Assembly (NCBI GenBank): GCA_003973265.1
Contig: QNYZ01000036.1
Span: 3,434-67,433 of the forward strand
Reading direction: 5' to 3'
Length of the DNA: 64,000 nucleotides
Source of the DNA: Deltaproteobacteria bacterium
GTDB lineage: Bacteria; Desulfobacterota; Desulfobacteria; Desulfobacterales; QNYZ01
Below the pieces are notes generated by a model. The model was given only the letters and a program-made list of their open reading frames with translations. It did no database searches and had not been told where the DNA came from. This document shows, in pieces, positions 39,790 through 49,343 of this stretch; position 1 is the first letter of the stretch, and each line of letters begins with the position of its first letter. The position numbers and the translations under genes were made by a program.

Positions 39790-40194
39790 TCATGTCGGAT
39801 GCGAACTCAACATCCTTTTAATCACCCCGGCCAGTTCTTCTGGCTCAACCGGCTTTTCAATATAGGTCTCCGGCTCCGGGATTTTTTCGCCGCCGAATTC
39901 AGTCAGCGCATTCTGGGATCGCAGAAATGTTCTTTTGGTAATCCCGGACAACATTATCACCTTGACATTTTTTAAGGATTTATCGGTCTTGAGTTCCCGG
40001 TACAGACGGATGCCGCTCTGTCTTGGCATCAATACATCCAGAATAACCAGATCCGGTGCTTCTTCCTTGATCATTTTCAAGCCCTGTTCTCCGTTTTCCG
40101 CCTCTACCGGAATAAAGCCACTTTCTTCTACAACGGTTGCATTAAACAATCGGGCATCCGGATCGTCATCGACAATCAACACTTTCCTGCTCAT
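39790..40194 (-). CDS. Single-domain response regulator
   Basis: VLIVDDD, LVILDVLMP, MLSG, EKP. Confidence 0.92.
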   Translation of the reverse strand: MSRKVLIVDDDPDARLFNATVVEESGFIPVEAENGEQGLKMIKEEAPDLVILDVLMPRQSGIRLYRELKTDKSLKNVKVIMLSGITKRTFLRSQNALTEFGGEKIPEPETYIEKPVEPEELAGVIKRMLSSHPT

Positions 40195-40307
40195 TTAACC
40201 TTCCTCCCTATGTTTTGCGCGAGGCCAATAATAGCGTTTTTCAGAGCCCGCAACGCGTATATCAAAATAGAACAACCTTTTCGCCAATGGCATCATCGTT
40301 CTCCGGG

Positions 40308-43301
40308 TCAGTCGTTTGCATCATCCTGTCTTATTGGAATACGGATGGAAAATACAGTTCCTTTTCCCGGTGTAGATGATACGTCTATGGTTCCCCCATG
40401 CTCTTCAATTAATTTTCGGGTAACCAGTAGGCCCAGGCCCGTCCCCTTAACCCCCTTGGTGCTGAAAAATGACATAAACAGCCTGGATTTTATTTCCTCA
40501 TCCATGCCGGTACCGTTGTCCTTGACGTCAAGCCGAAGCGATACGTTATCTTCAATGCTGGTTTTAATGGTTACCTGATATTTTTTACCTGCCGTATCAT
40601 CAAAATAACAGGCGTCAATGGCATTGGAGACTAAATTCATCAGGCAGCGATGCACGCTTCTTTCGTCCAGCATCATATTACCGACTGCCGGAGATAAATC
40701 TTTCACCAGCGTCACAGCATGCTCAGCCGCATTTTCCGCCACGACATCCATCACATCCGCCACAATCTCGTTCGGCTGGCTCCACTGAAATTCCGGCTCC
40801 CGTTCTTTGGAATAGCTGAGTAGATCCATAACAAGATTAGATGTGCGGTCGATGTTCCGCTGGATCATTTCCCACCCATTTTTTACCTTATCAAAATTAT
40901 TGCTGTCAATGCCGACATTGAGCAGATAGCTTCCCCCTTTATACCCGTTCAGAATATTTTTAATGCAATGCGCCATACCGGCAACGGTCTGGCCCACTGC
41001 CGCCAGTTGTTCTGAATGGATCAGCTCTCTTTCAAGGCGTTTTATTTCACGCAGATCCTGAAAGAAAACAACGCTTCCCATAACTTTACCGCCGCTGTAG
41101 AGCAGGGCGCCTGAATACATAACCGGGATAAGTGTCTGGTCATTTGAACGGATCGCTGTTTCTTCCCAGGGTTGATCTTCAAGCGACCTGGCAGTCGGCC
41201 GGTCTTTTAATAAAGAATCAATAACTTCTTCGGGGAAAATATCCCTCGCGTCTATTTTATCAACCACATCTTGATGTCTGAGACCGAACAGTTCCTGCGC
41301 CTCGGGGTTGAAAACGACAATTTTCCAGGTGTGATCGGTGGCCACAATCCCGTTGTTTGAGCTTCTGATCAGCTTCGATTGAAAATAGACTTTCTCTTTC
41401 AATTCTTCCTGGAGAATTGAATTTTCAATCGCCACCCCGATCCGGTTTCCGGTTAATTCCAGCAGATTTTTTTGTGCGTCCGTATATTTTTTAACCGAGC
41501 GGCTTCCCGACCGAATAATACCAAATGTATTTTTTTCCCTGTCAAAAATGGGCACATACGCTACAGATTTAAGGTTTTCGTTCTTCAGCATCTGAAGCTC
41601 GCTGTTTTTACTGAAATCCAGGTTTTTAAATATGGAGAGCCTTCCCTTTTGTGCCACCTTATAAATCATGCTGTTTTTATCAGCGATGGGCATTTTCCGG
41701 CAGATATTGCCGCAAACCCCGTAATTGTATTTCAGGTGGTAGAGGCCATCTTTTCCGGTAAGGTAGATACACAAAAAATCCGATTCAAGGATTTCGGCAA
41801 TCTGCCGGATGGTCAGGTTAATCCGGAAATCAATATCCAGTGGCGCCCCAAGGGTCTGGTAGATCGAACATAACGTCTGCAGTTCGTGGTTGCGGCGTTT
41901 CCTTTCTTCTTCGGCCTGTTTGTCTTCGGTCTTGTCCCAGAGAGTTTCAATCACGCCCACGGTCTTTCCGTTTGTGTCCAGGATCGGTGCAGCGGTAAAC
42001 CAGCACCATTTTCCATTTTTACCCAGATTGGGTAAAAACATTTCGGCTTCATACCCGCCTCGGGTCAGGGATGATTGTCGCCACTTGCCTTGATAGAGCG
42101 ATCTGATCTTTTCTTCCGAAAACTTGTCGAGAATGGCATCGGCCATGGATGGCCGCTCGGTTTTCCAGAAAGGCACCCATTGCTTATTGGTCCCCACGAT
42201 GTCTTCGGCTTTGTATCCGGAGAGTTTTTCCATGGCCCTGTTCCAGTGTGTCACCATATGGTCTTTATTGATCACGAATGTGGGAACAGAACTTCCTTCA
42301 ATTACCTGGGCCATTTCCTGCTGGGCGGCTGTCAGCATTTTATTTTGCCGGATGGTTTCTTCAGCCGCTTTTTTCAGTGAGGTCCGGTCCTGGAGGGTTT
42401 CGATGGCACCGATAATCTGCCCCTCTGCCCCCTTGATCGGTGCGGCGGTAAAAAACAGCCACAAACCGTCTTCCCCGAGATCAGGAAAAAATTCTTCCGC
42501 TTCGTAGGCCCCGTCAATCAGGGAGGATCGGTTCCATTTTTTCCCATAGTATTTCAGGGCGTCCTTCCGGTTGATCCCGTCCAGAACCAGGTCCGCCATA
42601 GTGGGACGTTTCTTTTTCCGAAAGGGTTTCCACTGGTCACGGGTGCCGATGACTTTTTCCGCCGGGAACCCGGTTAGCTTTTCACAGGCACGATTCCAGT
42701 GGGTAACAATATGCTCCTGATTGATGACAAAGGTCGGGATGATATTTCCCTCGATAATCTGGTCGAGCTCTTTTTTGTTCCTGTTCAACTCCCGCTCAAT
42801 GGTTTCATAGCGTTCGCATCGGCCCTGGACAAGCTGGCCGACATTATCGGCAAACCGGGTAAACAGAGATACCATGTCCGCTCTGGACATCTTTTTCTGT
42901 TCAACGACTTGCAGGATTTTGGCTTTTTCCGCCTCGATGAGCAGTGAGGACCAGAGGGTCCGACTCTTAATCTGGTCGATCAATTGAATCCCGTCCGGTT
43001 TTGTGTTTGAAATATCACTGGCGATTTTGGGGTTGTTGGTAATCTCAATCAGAACCCGAAGCCCCTTCAATCTATACAAGTCCCTGTAATCATCGGTCGT
43101 ATAGATTCCATTCTGACGCGCATAATGAATGCCCACGGCCTGGTCGTCAATGTCGGCTACGCCCAGAATTTCCGGTTTTTTCCCTGGAAAACAGTCAGAT
43201 AATAGCAATTCGAGTAACTGCTTGCAAAATTTCCCCCCACCCACGATGGCAATGGGGGTCTGGTTCGAGATCGCAATGATCGATCTGGATGCCGGTCTCA
43301 T
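40308..43301 (-). CDS. Cytoplasmic sensor histidine kinase: Rossmann-like, PAS, PAS, GAF, PAS, HisKA, HATPase
   Basis: H-box GMAHCIKN, NLVSNAID, DNGTG, FFSTK, GTGLGL; no TM segment evident. Confidence 0.92.
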   Translation of the reverse strand: MRPASRSIIAISNQTPIAIVGGGKFCKQLLELLLSDCFPGKKPEILGVADIDDQAVGIHYARQNGIYTTDDYRDLYRLKGLRVLIEITNNPKIASDISNTKPDGIQLIDQIKSRTLWSSLLIEAEKAKILQVVEQKKMSRADMVSLFTRFADNVGQLVQGRCERYETIERELNRNKKELDQIIEGNIIPTFVINQEHIVTHWNRACEKLTGFPAEKVIGTRDQWKPFRKKKRPTMADLVLDGINRKDALKYYGKKWNRSSLIDGAYEAEEFFPDLGEDGLWLFFTAAPIKGAEGQIIGAIETLQDRTSLKKAAEETIRQNKMLTAAQQEMAQVIEGSSVPTFVINKDHMVTHWNRAMEKLSGYKAEDIVGTNKQWVPFWKTERPSMADAILDKFSEEKIRSLYQGKWRQSSLTRGGYEAEMFLPNLGKNGKWCWFTAAPILDTNGKTVGVIETLWDKTEDKQAEEERKRRNHELQTLCSIYQTLGAPLDIDFRINLTIRQIAEILESDFLCIYLTGKDGLYHLKYNYGVCGNICRKMPIADKNSMIYKVAQKGRLSIFKNLDFSKNSELQMLKNENLKSVAYVPIFDREKNTFGIIRSGSRSVKKYTDAQKNLLELTGNRIGVAIENSILQEELKEKVYFQSKLIRSSNNGIVATDHTWKIVVFNPEAQELFGLRHQDVVDKIDARDIFPEEVIDSLLKDRPTARSLEDQPWEETAIRSNDQTLIPVMYSGALLYSGGKVMGSVVFFQDLREIKRLERELIHSEQLAAVGQTVAGMAHCIKNILNGYKGGSYLLNVGIDSNNFDKVKNGWEMIQRNIDRTSNLVMDLLSYSKEREPEFQWSQPNEIVADVMDVVAENAAEHAVTLVKDLSPAVGNMMLDERSVHRCLMNLVSNAIDACYFDDTAGKKYQVTIKTSIEDNVSLRLDVKDNGTGMDEEIKSRLFMSFFSTKGVKGTGLGLLVTRKLIEEHGGTIDVSSTPGKGTVFSIRIPIRQDDAND

Positions 43302-43519
43302 GGCCCCCTTTCCTCCACCGGATTGGCAGGTATAAAAAATACTTTATTTGTGATAGATATCAGGGATCTCAAAATCAACTCCGCTTTGTGTCGTAGAAGG
43401 CAGGAAAAAAATAGAACAAAATCGTTCCGGGGAATCTGAATAAACTATCATAACAAAACGGGTCTATCAAGAATTTAAAGCCGTTTTCAAAACCGATAAA
43501 TGAAAGCCCATATATCTTT

Positions 43520-44179
43520 ATGTTTGATCCGCGCACAAAACTGATTCTCACTTTTTTATATGCCATCTTTGTCGGCGTTACCGGGCAATTCTATTTACTG
43601 GCCGGGCAATGGATACTCCTGGCGATATTGATCGCCGGCCTGAAACAGATACGGGTGTATCTGCGCTGGCTACGCCTGGTAATCCCCATGGCGCTCTTTT
43701 TCGGTGGAGTCACCTGGTGGGCAGCCGGTGCGGCGGCGGGCGGGTTTGCCGCGTTGAAGCTGCTGACGCTTACCACGATTTTTTTTCTTTTTTTTGCTGT
43801 AACAGCGCCCGAGGACATGGCCAACTCTCTGGTTAAGGTAGGGCTTCCGTTTACGGCCGCGTTTGTGTTTTCCACCGCGATGCAGTTTGTACCGGTTATT
43901 GGCCGCAAAGCCCGGAATATTCTGGACGCCCAGCAGGCGCGGGGGATATCGATGTCACCGGGATGGGCGGCGCTCCGCCGCTATCCTGCGTTCTTGATTC
44001 CTCTGCTGATACAATCGTTTCAGCTGGCAGAGGAACTGGCCGAAGCCATGGAAGCCCGGGGGTTCAACCGGAAAGGGCGGACCTTCCTAAAAACGTATCA
44101 TTTACAATGGAGGGACTGGTCCGCTATTGTTGGCGGAGGTATTTTGATATTTATTTTTTTAGCGGGCCGCTTTGGATAG
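43520..44179 (+). CDS. ecfT: ECF transporter transmembrane component T
   Basis: FDPRTKL and two ARG motifs (AQQARG, AMEARGF). Confidence 0.88.
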   Translation: MFDPRTKLILTFLYAIFVGVTGQFYLLAGQWILLAILIAGLKQIRVYLRWLRLVIPMALFFGGVTWWAAGAAAGGFAALKLLTLTTIFFLFFAVTAPEDMANSLVKVGLPFTAAFVFSTAMQFVPVIGRKARNILDAQQARGISMSPGWAALRRYPAFLIPLLIQSFQLAEELAEAMEARGFNRKGRTFLKTYHLQWRDWSAIVGGGILIFIFLAGRFG

Positions 44180-44382
44180 GATGGGATCTTTTTGTATTTC
44201 TCTCCATCATTTTTATCTGAAATAAAAGCCGATTGATTTTTTAAGACCATTTTTTCCGGCAATTTCTAGTAACTGTTTTGTGTTTCGGTATACATTTTTC
44301 CGATTTATTTTCTTTCCCTGTCAGCCCATGAAAAAGTTTCTTTCCGTGTTCCGACGGAAAAGCTTTCCGGCATGGCTTCGTT

Positions 44383-44652
44383 TTCAAGGACCGCCCTGAG
44401 TTTTTCTCCGGCGCTCCAGTCATTGGGTGTTTTCGGGATCTTGGGCATAATACCATCCGGTGAATTGGGGTAAACATAAGATGAAACGATTCCGGCTTTT
44501 CGAAGCCATTTAGAAAGCGTCGCCTGGGGGACATCAGACTGTTTGGACAGCGCCGTGGCCGACCCGGGATCGGGACCGGACATTTTTTGAATCATCCTGT
44601 TTTTGAACATTTGCGAGTTCGGTATGGGCTCGAGGGGACACCTATCCTGACA
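44383..44652 (-). mobile_element. Degenerate IS remnant (IS3/IS481-like orfA HTH plus probable left end)
   Basis: FKNRMIQKMSGP..ATALSKQSDVPQATLSKWLRKA..WSAGEKLRAVLE; TGTCAGGATAGGTGTC just upstream; no integrase domain. Confidence 0.7.
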
Positions 44653-45238
44653 CAGGGGGAAGTGTTTTAAAATACATATAGATTTTTTCAAGCTTGGGTT
44701 TTTGTTTTTTCTTTGATATTTCAACACTGCCGAATTCGAAAAATTTTACCTTTTTAATTCCAACGTAATTGAAGAGTGCTTTTTTCATCAGTATCTTGTG
44801 TGCGTTTCTTAAAAAAAACAGCGGGTAGTTTTTTGGACCTTTCATGGTTGAAATACATATTACAGATTTCCCTTTAAGCAGGGCTGCATGAGAATATTTA
44901 CCCGTATTCAGATAGGCGAAATGGGTTGAAAACAATTGATCAATATACCCGAGCAACATTGCCGGTGGCCGACCCCACCATATGGGATAGATAAAAACCA
45001 TTTTTTCAGCCCAGAGTATCTGTTCCCGGTAAGCTGCGAATTTTGGATCGGTGTGCATATCGCTACGCTTTTTATTCTCATCAAAAAAAAGAACCGGATC
45101 AAATTTTTCTTTATATAAATCAACTACTTTTACGTTTATTATACTTTCATTTTCTTTTATCCCTTTAAGTGTATGCTCTAAAAAGGCGTAATTTAAACTT
45201 TGATGATTCGGATGTGTATAGATAATAAGTATGTTCAT
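44642..45238 (-). CDS. Flavodoxin-fold NAD(P)H-dependent (quinone) oxidoreductase
   Basis: YTHPNHQSLN, DLYKEKFDP, YPIWWGRPPAMLLGYIDQ, LLKGK. Confidence 0.9.
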   Translation of the reverse strand: MNILIIYTHPNHQSLNYAFLEHTLKGIKENESIINVKVVDLYKEKFDPVLFFDENKKRSDMHTDPKFAAYREQILWAEKMVFIYPIWWGRPPAMLLGYIDQLFSTHFAYLNTGKYSHAALLKGKSVICISTMKGPKNYPLFFLRNAHKILMKKALFNYVGIKKVKFFEFGSVEISKKKQKPKLEKIYMYFKTLPPVSG

Positions 45239-45253
45239 GTTGGCCCCTTTATG

Positions 45254-45319
45254 TTATCAAATGATACGTATCATAATGCACGGATAATTAATTGTCAAAT
45301 GATAATTATCAAATGATAA
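45254..45319. promoter_or_regulatory. Three palindromic operator boxes, likely for MarR
   Basis: TTATCAAATGATA (45254), TTGTCAAATGATAA (45292), TTATCAAATGATAA (45306). Confidence 0.75.
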
Positions 45320-45358
45320 TAAGTAAATCTTTTAATAAATTGGCCCCAGTGGAAGATT

Positions 45359-45790
45359 ATGGATAAAAAGTTATTTTTCCAAAATTTGATCCATTTTATC
45401 GGCACCGTACATGCCAGTACCCATTTTTTAATGAAGAATGCCCGTTCTGATGAAATTACACCGCAGCAGCACTCGATATTAGAGTATATTTTCTTCAACA
45501 AAGCAGTGACAACAAGTCAGGTAGCCGATTGTTTGAACATTTCCTTACCCAATGCCAGCAGGGAGTTAAAAAAGCTTTTAAATCTGGAACTGATTGTAAA
45601 GGTCGTTAATAATAAAGACAGGCGAACGAATACAATCCGTTTATCAGTTCAGGGACAAAACCTTATGCACCGCACGTTTGAAAGGATAGAAAAAAATTTT
45701 TGGGAAAGGTCAGGGGAAATGTCTGAAAAAGAGATGAAAGCCATTATTTCTTCCATAAAAATTCTTGAAAAAAAAATATTTATCCCCTGA
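45359..45790 (+). CDS. MarR-family regulator
   Basis: ITPQQHSILEYI, ISLPNASRELKKL, DRR wing. Confidence 0.9.
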   Translation: MDKKLFFQNLIHFIGTVHASTHFLMKNARSDEITPQQHSILEYIFFNKAVTTSQVADCLNISLPNASRELKKLLNLELIVKVVNNKDRRTNTIRLSVQGQNLMHRTFERIEKNFWERSGEMSEKEMKAIISSIKILEKKIFIP

Positions 45791-45865
45791 TGAAATATCC
45801 TCGCGAGGAACCAGAATATTTACCGTATCTGTCAAAGGCTGCCTTCTCAGGCAAGGTATTTATTA

Positions 45866-47578
45866 TCAGGCAGGTATGATTTCCGGGTAGCTTAACATAA
45901 GCATGCCGTAGCCACCCTGGATATTCCGGGTACGGGTAATCCCCCTGCTCCCTAAAAAAATCTGGGTTTCAAATGAACGGAGGCCTGTATCACATAATAG
46001 GCAGAGGGGTTGATCTACCGGCAGTTCTCCAAAGCGGTCCGGCAACTCCTCCTGGGGAATGTTTATCCACCGGTCTCCATATTTTTCAATAAATGGCCGG
46101 GATTCGATCTTCCCCCGCACATCCAGCACCCTTACCTCATTTTTCTCCAGCTTCTTTACCAGATCCGCCACATCAATGGGGATATTTCTGCCGAGAATAA
46201 TATTTTCAAGGGTGTTTCCTGCGGCGTTGACGACATCCATGGCCGAAGCATAGGGCGGTGCATATGATACTTCAAGGTTGGAAACTCCGGAGACATCCGC
46301 GTTGTATTGGAAAAGGGCTGCCACCGCATCCACCCGCGCTTTGACTGCATCCCCTTTTGATCCGACAGCTTCTATCCCTAATAATTTTCTCGTGTTACGG
46401 TCGGCAATCAGTTTAATAAATATCAACGCATGATCCGGATAAAAATGAGCATGTTCAGACTGAGCGACGACGGCATAGACCGGATCAAAGCCGGCATCTT
46501 CTGCCTGCTTGACGGTCAGCCCGGCCCGGGCAATACCCATGTCGAAAACTTTGAGACAAAAAGTGCCTACCGTCCCTTTGAATTCCTCCCATCCACCATT
46601 GAGGTTGGTGCCGATAATCCTGCCCTGGCGGTTGGCCAGCGATCCCAGGGGCATGGGTAGACGCTGACCGCTCACCAGGTGGGTCATTTCGATACAATCC
46701 CCGCCCGCATAAATATTGGGATCAGTTGTTCGCAAACGCTTATCCACCAGTATCCCCCCGTACATGCCGATGGCAAGTCCGGCTTCCCTGGCAATCTGTG
46801 AACTGGGTCGTACCCCCACCGCCACGATTACCAAATCACAGGGAATTTCAGATTTATTGGTTTTAACACCGGTTACACCGGTTTTTTCATCGCCCAGGAT
46901 GCGGGTCACGCCTTCTTCAAGGAGAATATTGACCCCTTTTTCCGTCATATGATTTTCAATCAGACGGCTCATGTCTTTTCCAAAAGCCGGAGGGAGCAGT
47001 TGATCCATCATCTCAATCAATGTGGTTTCAACATCCCATAGATCGGTAAGGGATTCGGCCAGTTCCACACCGATGGCACCGCCACCGATCACGACCGCCC
47101 TGCTGACCTTGCCTTTGGATATCATGTCTTTAACCTGGATGGCGTTGTGCAGATTGGCCATCACCGTCACGCCCGGAAGGTCGACACCGGGAATCGGCGG
47201 CTGAACCGGGGTGGAACCGGTGGCCAGAACAAGCCGGTCATATGCCATCTCTTCGGTTTCGTCGTTATCCAGGTGCCGTACAAGGGCTATTTTTGCCTTT
47301 CGATCAATCGAGATCAGCTCGGTACGGCAGAGCAACTTCACATCTTTGCATTTTTCAAAAAACTCCCGGTCTCTCACATGGTGGGAGGCAGTAGAATAAA
47401 GACCTTCGATGTCTGTGACATCGCCTCCAACATAATAAGGAATGCCACATCCGCCATATGAAATCAGATAGTCTTTATCAATAATGGTTATCTCGGCGGA
47501 TGGATCCAGCCGTTTCAACCGGCAGGCAGCCTTGGGCCCGAGGGCCACCGCTCCCACAACGAGAACTTTGCGTGACAT
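45866..47578 (-). CDS. CoA-disulfide/persulfide reductase-like flavoprotein with C-terminal rhodanese domain
   Basis: SYGGCGIPY redox Cys, GGGAIG, YAGGD, YAPP, LDVR..LCDTGLRS. Confidence 0.88.
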   Translation of the reverse strand: MSRKVLVVGAVALGPKAACRLKRLDPSAEITIIDKDYLISYGGCGIPYYVGGDVTDIEGLYSTASHHVRDREFFEKCKDVKLLCRTELISIDRKAKIALVRHLDNDETEEMAYDRLVLATGSTPVQPPIPGVDLPGVTVMANLHNAIQVKDMISKGKVSRAVVIGGGAIGVELAESLTDLWDVETTLIEMMDQLLPPAFGKDMSRLIENHMTEKGVNILLEEGVTRILGDEKTGVTGVKTNKSEIPCDLVIVAVGVRPSSQIAREAGLAIGMYGGILVDKRLRTTDPNIYAGGDCIEMTHLVSGQRLPMPLGSLANRQGRIIGTNLNGGWEEFKGTVGTFCLKVFDMGIARAGLTVKQAEDAGFDPVYAVVAQSEHAHFYPDHALIFIKLIADRNTRKLLGIEAVGSKGDAVKARVDAVAALFQYNADVSGVSNLEVSYAPPYASAMDVVNAAGNTLENIILGRNIPIDVADLVKKLEKNEVRVLDVRGKIESRPFIEKYGDRWINIPQEELPDRFGELPVDQPLCLLCDTGLRSFETQIFLGSRGITRTRNIQGGYGMLMLSYPEIIPA

Positions 47579-48005
47579 CGCGACTCCTTTCAAAATTACA
47601 ATATAATCTTTTGCAATGAGATAATTTCATGCACCCCATCTCTATTTTTAAATCCGCTTCGATTTACCCCACGCAATGAAGCCGGTCAAGGAACAATTCT
47701 TTATCGTAATTATTCAGCGAAATACACACCAAGTACCATTCCTGGACCCGGTTCTGCAGGGATTATTATCCGTCAGGGATCGAACTCACCATGGTTGTAG
47801 CCTATCTGATCCTTTCCGGTTGACACTTCTGACGGCATCGGGTTATCTGGATCAGGCGCTTCAACTGATATGATCGAAAAAGAGCAGAGCGGAAGAAAAC
47901 GCCACCGGTGCCGGAAACCTGAATAATCGCGTCCGATTCGGCCGTATTGACCAACCTGCTACCGATAAGTGGCTTTTTATCATTAACGGATTGCTTGAAG
48001 AGATA

Positions 48006-48863
48006 ATGCAAATGTCGTCAACGAGCGGGAATCATTCGGTTTTATCATACATTGTCCTGATGTGCACCGTGCTGCTGTTCCGTCCCCCCGGTGCGTATGG
48101 CGGATGGTCGCCTGCACCGGGAACGACTTGGCAGTGGCAGCTTTTCGGGCAAATCGACACGTCCATCGATGTTCAGATGTATGATATCGATCTGTTTGAT
48201 ACGGCGCAATCGGTCATTGACCGGCTGCACGCCGACGGCCGTGTCGTCATCTGTTACTTCAGCGCCGGATCCCTGGAAGATTGGCGGCCGGATGCGGGAA
48301 ATTTTCCACCAGAAGTTGTCGGTAAACCGTTGGCCGGATGGCCCGGTGAAAAATGGCTGGATATCCGCCGCATCGATGTTCTCGGGCCGATCATGCAGGC
48401 GCGTCTTGATCTGGCCGTCAGCAAACAATGTGACGGCGTGGAGCCGGACAACATGGATGCCTATCAAAACGATGCAGGATTTCCCCTGACTGCGTCCGCG
48501 CAACTGGCGTACAATCGTTATATTGCGCACCAGGCACATCTGCGGAACCTCTCCGTCGGCCTGAAAAACGATCTCGACCAGGTTCCACAACTGGTGGGTG
48601 ATTTCGACTGGGCGCTGAATGAAGAATGTTTCGCCTATAACGAATGCGATGCGCTTGATCCGTTCATCCAGGCGCGCAAGGCCGTGTTTGGCGTAGAGTA
48701 CCAGGGGCATCCTGGTGTGTTCTGTCCGCAGGCCGCGGCAAAACATTTCAGCTGGATGAAAAAAAGCTTGATTCTCGACGCATGGCGGGTGGCCTGCCCG
48801 GTTGATCCCGTATCGGGCGCCGATCCCGCCCCGTTGGCACCGATACTCTATCTCCTGCAATGA
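48006..48863 (+). CDS. GH114 endo-alpha-1,4-polygalactosaminidase-like secreted hydrolase
   Basis: TWQWQL, YDIDLFD, VICYFSAGSLEDWRPD, CDGVEPDNMD, GLKND, ALNEEC, VEY. Confidence 0.88.
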   Translation: MQMSSTSGNHSVLSYIVLMCTVLLFRPPGAYGGWSPAPGTTWQWQLFGQIDTSIDVQMYDIDLFDTAQSVIDRLHADGRVVICYFSAGSLEDWRPDAGNFPPEVVGKPLAGWPGEKWLDIRRIDVLGPIMQARLDLAVSKQCDGVEPDNMDAYQNDAGFPLTASAQLAYNRYIAHQAHLRNLSVGLKNDLDQVPQLVGDFDWALNEECFAYNECDALDPFIQARKAVFGVEYQGHPGVFCPQAAAKHFSWMKKSLILDAWRVACPVDPVSGADPAPLAPILYLLQ

Positions 48864-49039
48864 TACGAATAAAAGCGGGGTTTACATATCAGCGATGAAT
48901 ATTCAGCCGTGGTACCCGGCGGCCACCGGGAGCGGGTGATAAGCCCATATTGAGCTGGTTGATATGGCTGACCGATTAAGCGGCAGGTGTCCAAACGAGG
49001 ATCGGTGATGACAAGGAATTTACTTTCAGAAAAGATAAG

Positions 49040-49274
49040 AGATCTTGCCGGTTCCACGGATAATAAGATTGAACTGACATGGCTAAAGGCCCGGGAAAAG
49101 CCTTATGGCCTCGGAGACGAAGAATTCCACATTGCCTTCATCGCTGACGAATTTAATACAGCCCATGCCCTGCACACGGAAATGGACTGCATCTGTTACG
49201 AAAACAGGGAAATGGGCATCTATTTCATCAAAGACCCGGATGGATACTGGCTTGAAATTGTTCCTAAAAGATAA
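49040..49274 (+). pseudogene. 5'-truncated lactoylglutathione lyase (glyoxalase I / VOC)
   Basis: IELTWLK..PYGLGDEEFHIAF..IYFIKDPDGYWLEIV; the N-terminal beta-alpha-beta unit with the first metal His is absent. Confidence 0.7.
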
Positions 49275-49343
49275 TCATGTTTTCTGTAAAAAAACATGAC
49301 AACGCATCGCAAATCTGTCTTGAATCAGAGGGTTTTATATTTT

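Noticed and set aside
43348..43366. TGTGA-N6-TCAGG CRP/Rex-like site upstream of the kinase
   Set aside because: The second half-site is too poor to support a call.
47770..47873. Possible frameshifted C-terminus of an amino-acid ABC permease (IELTMVVAYLILS / LTLLTASGYLD)
   Set aside because: The similarity is short and hydrophobic; it needs a profile search before it can be called.
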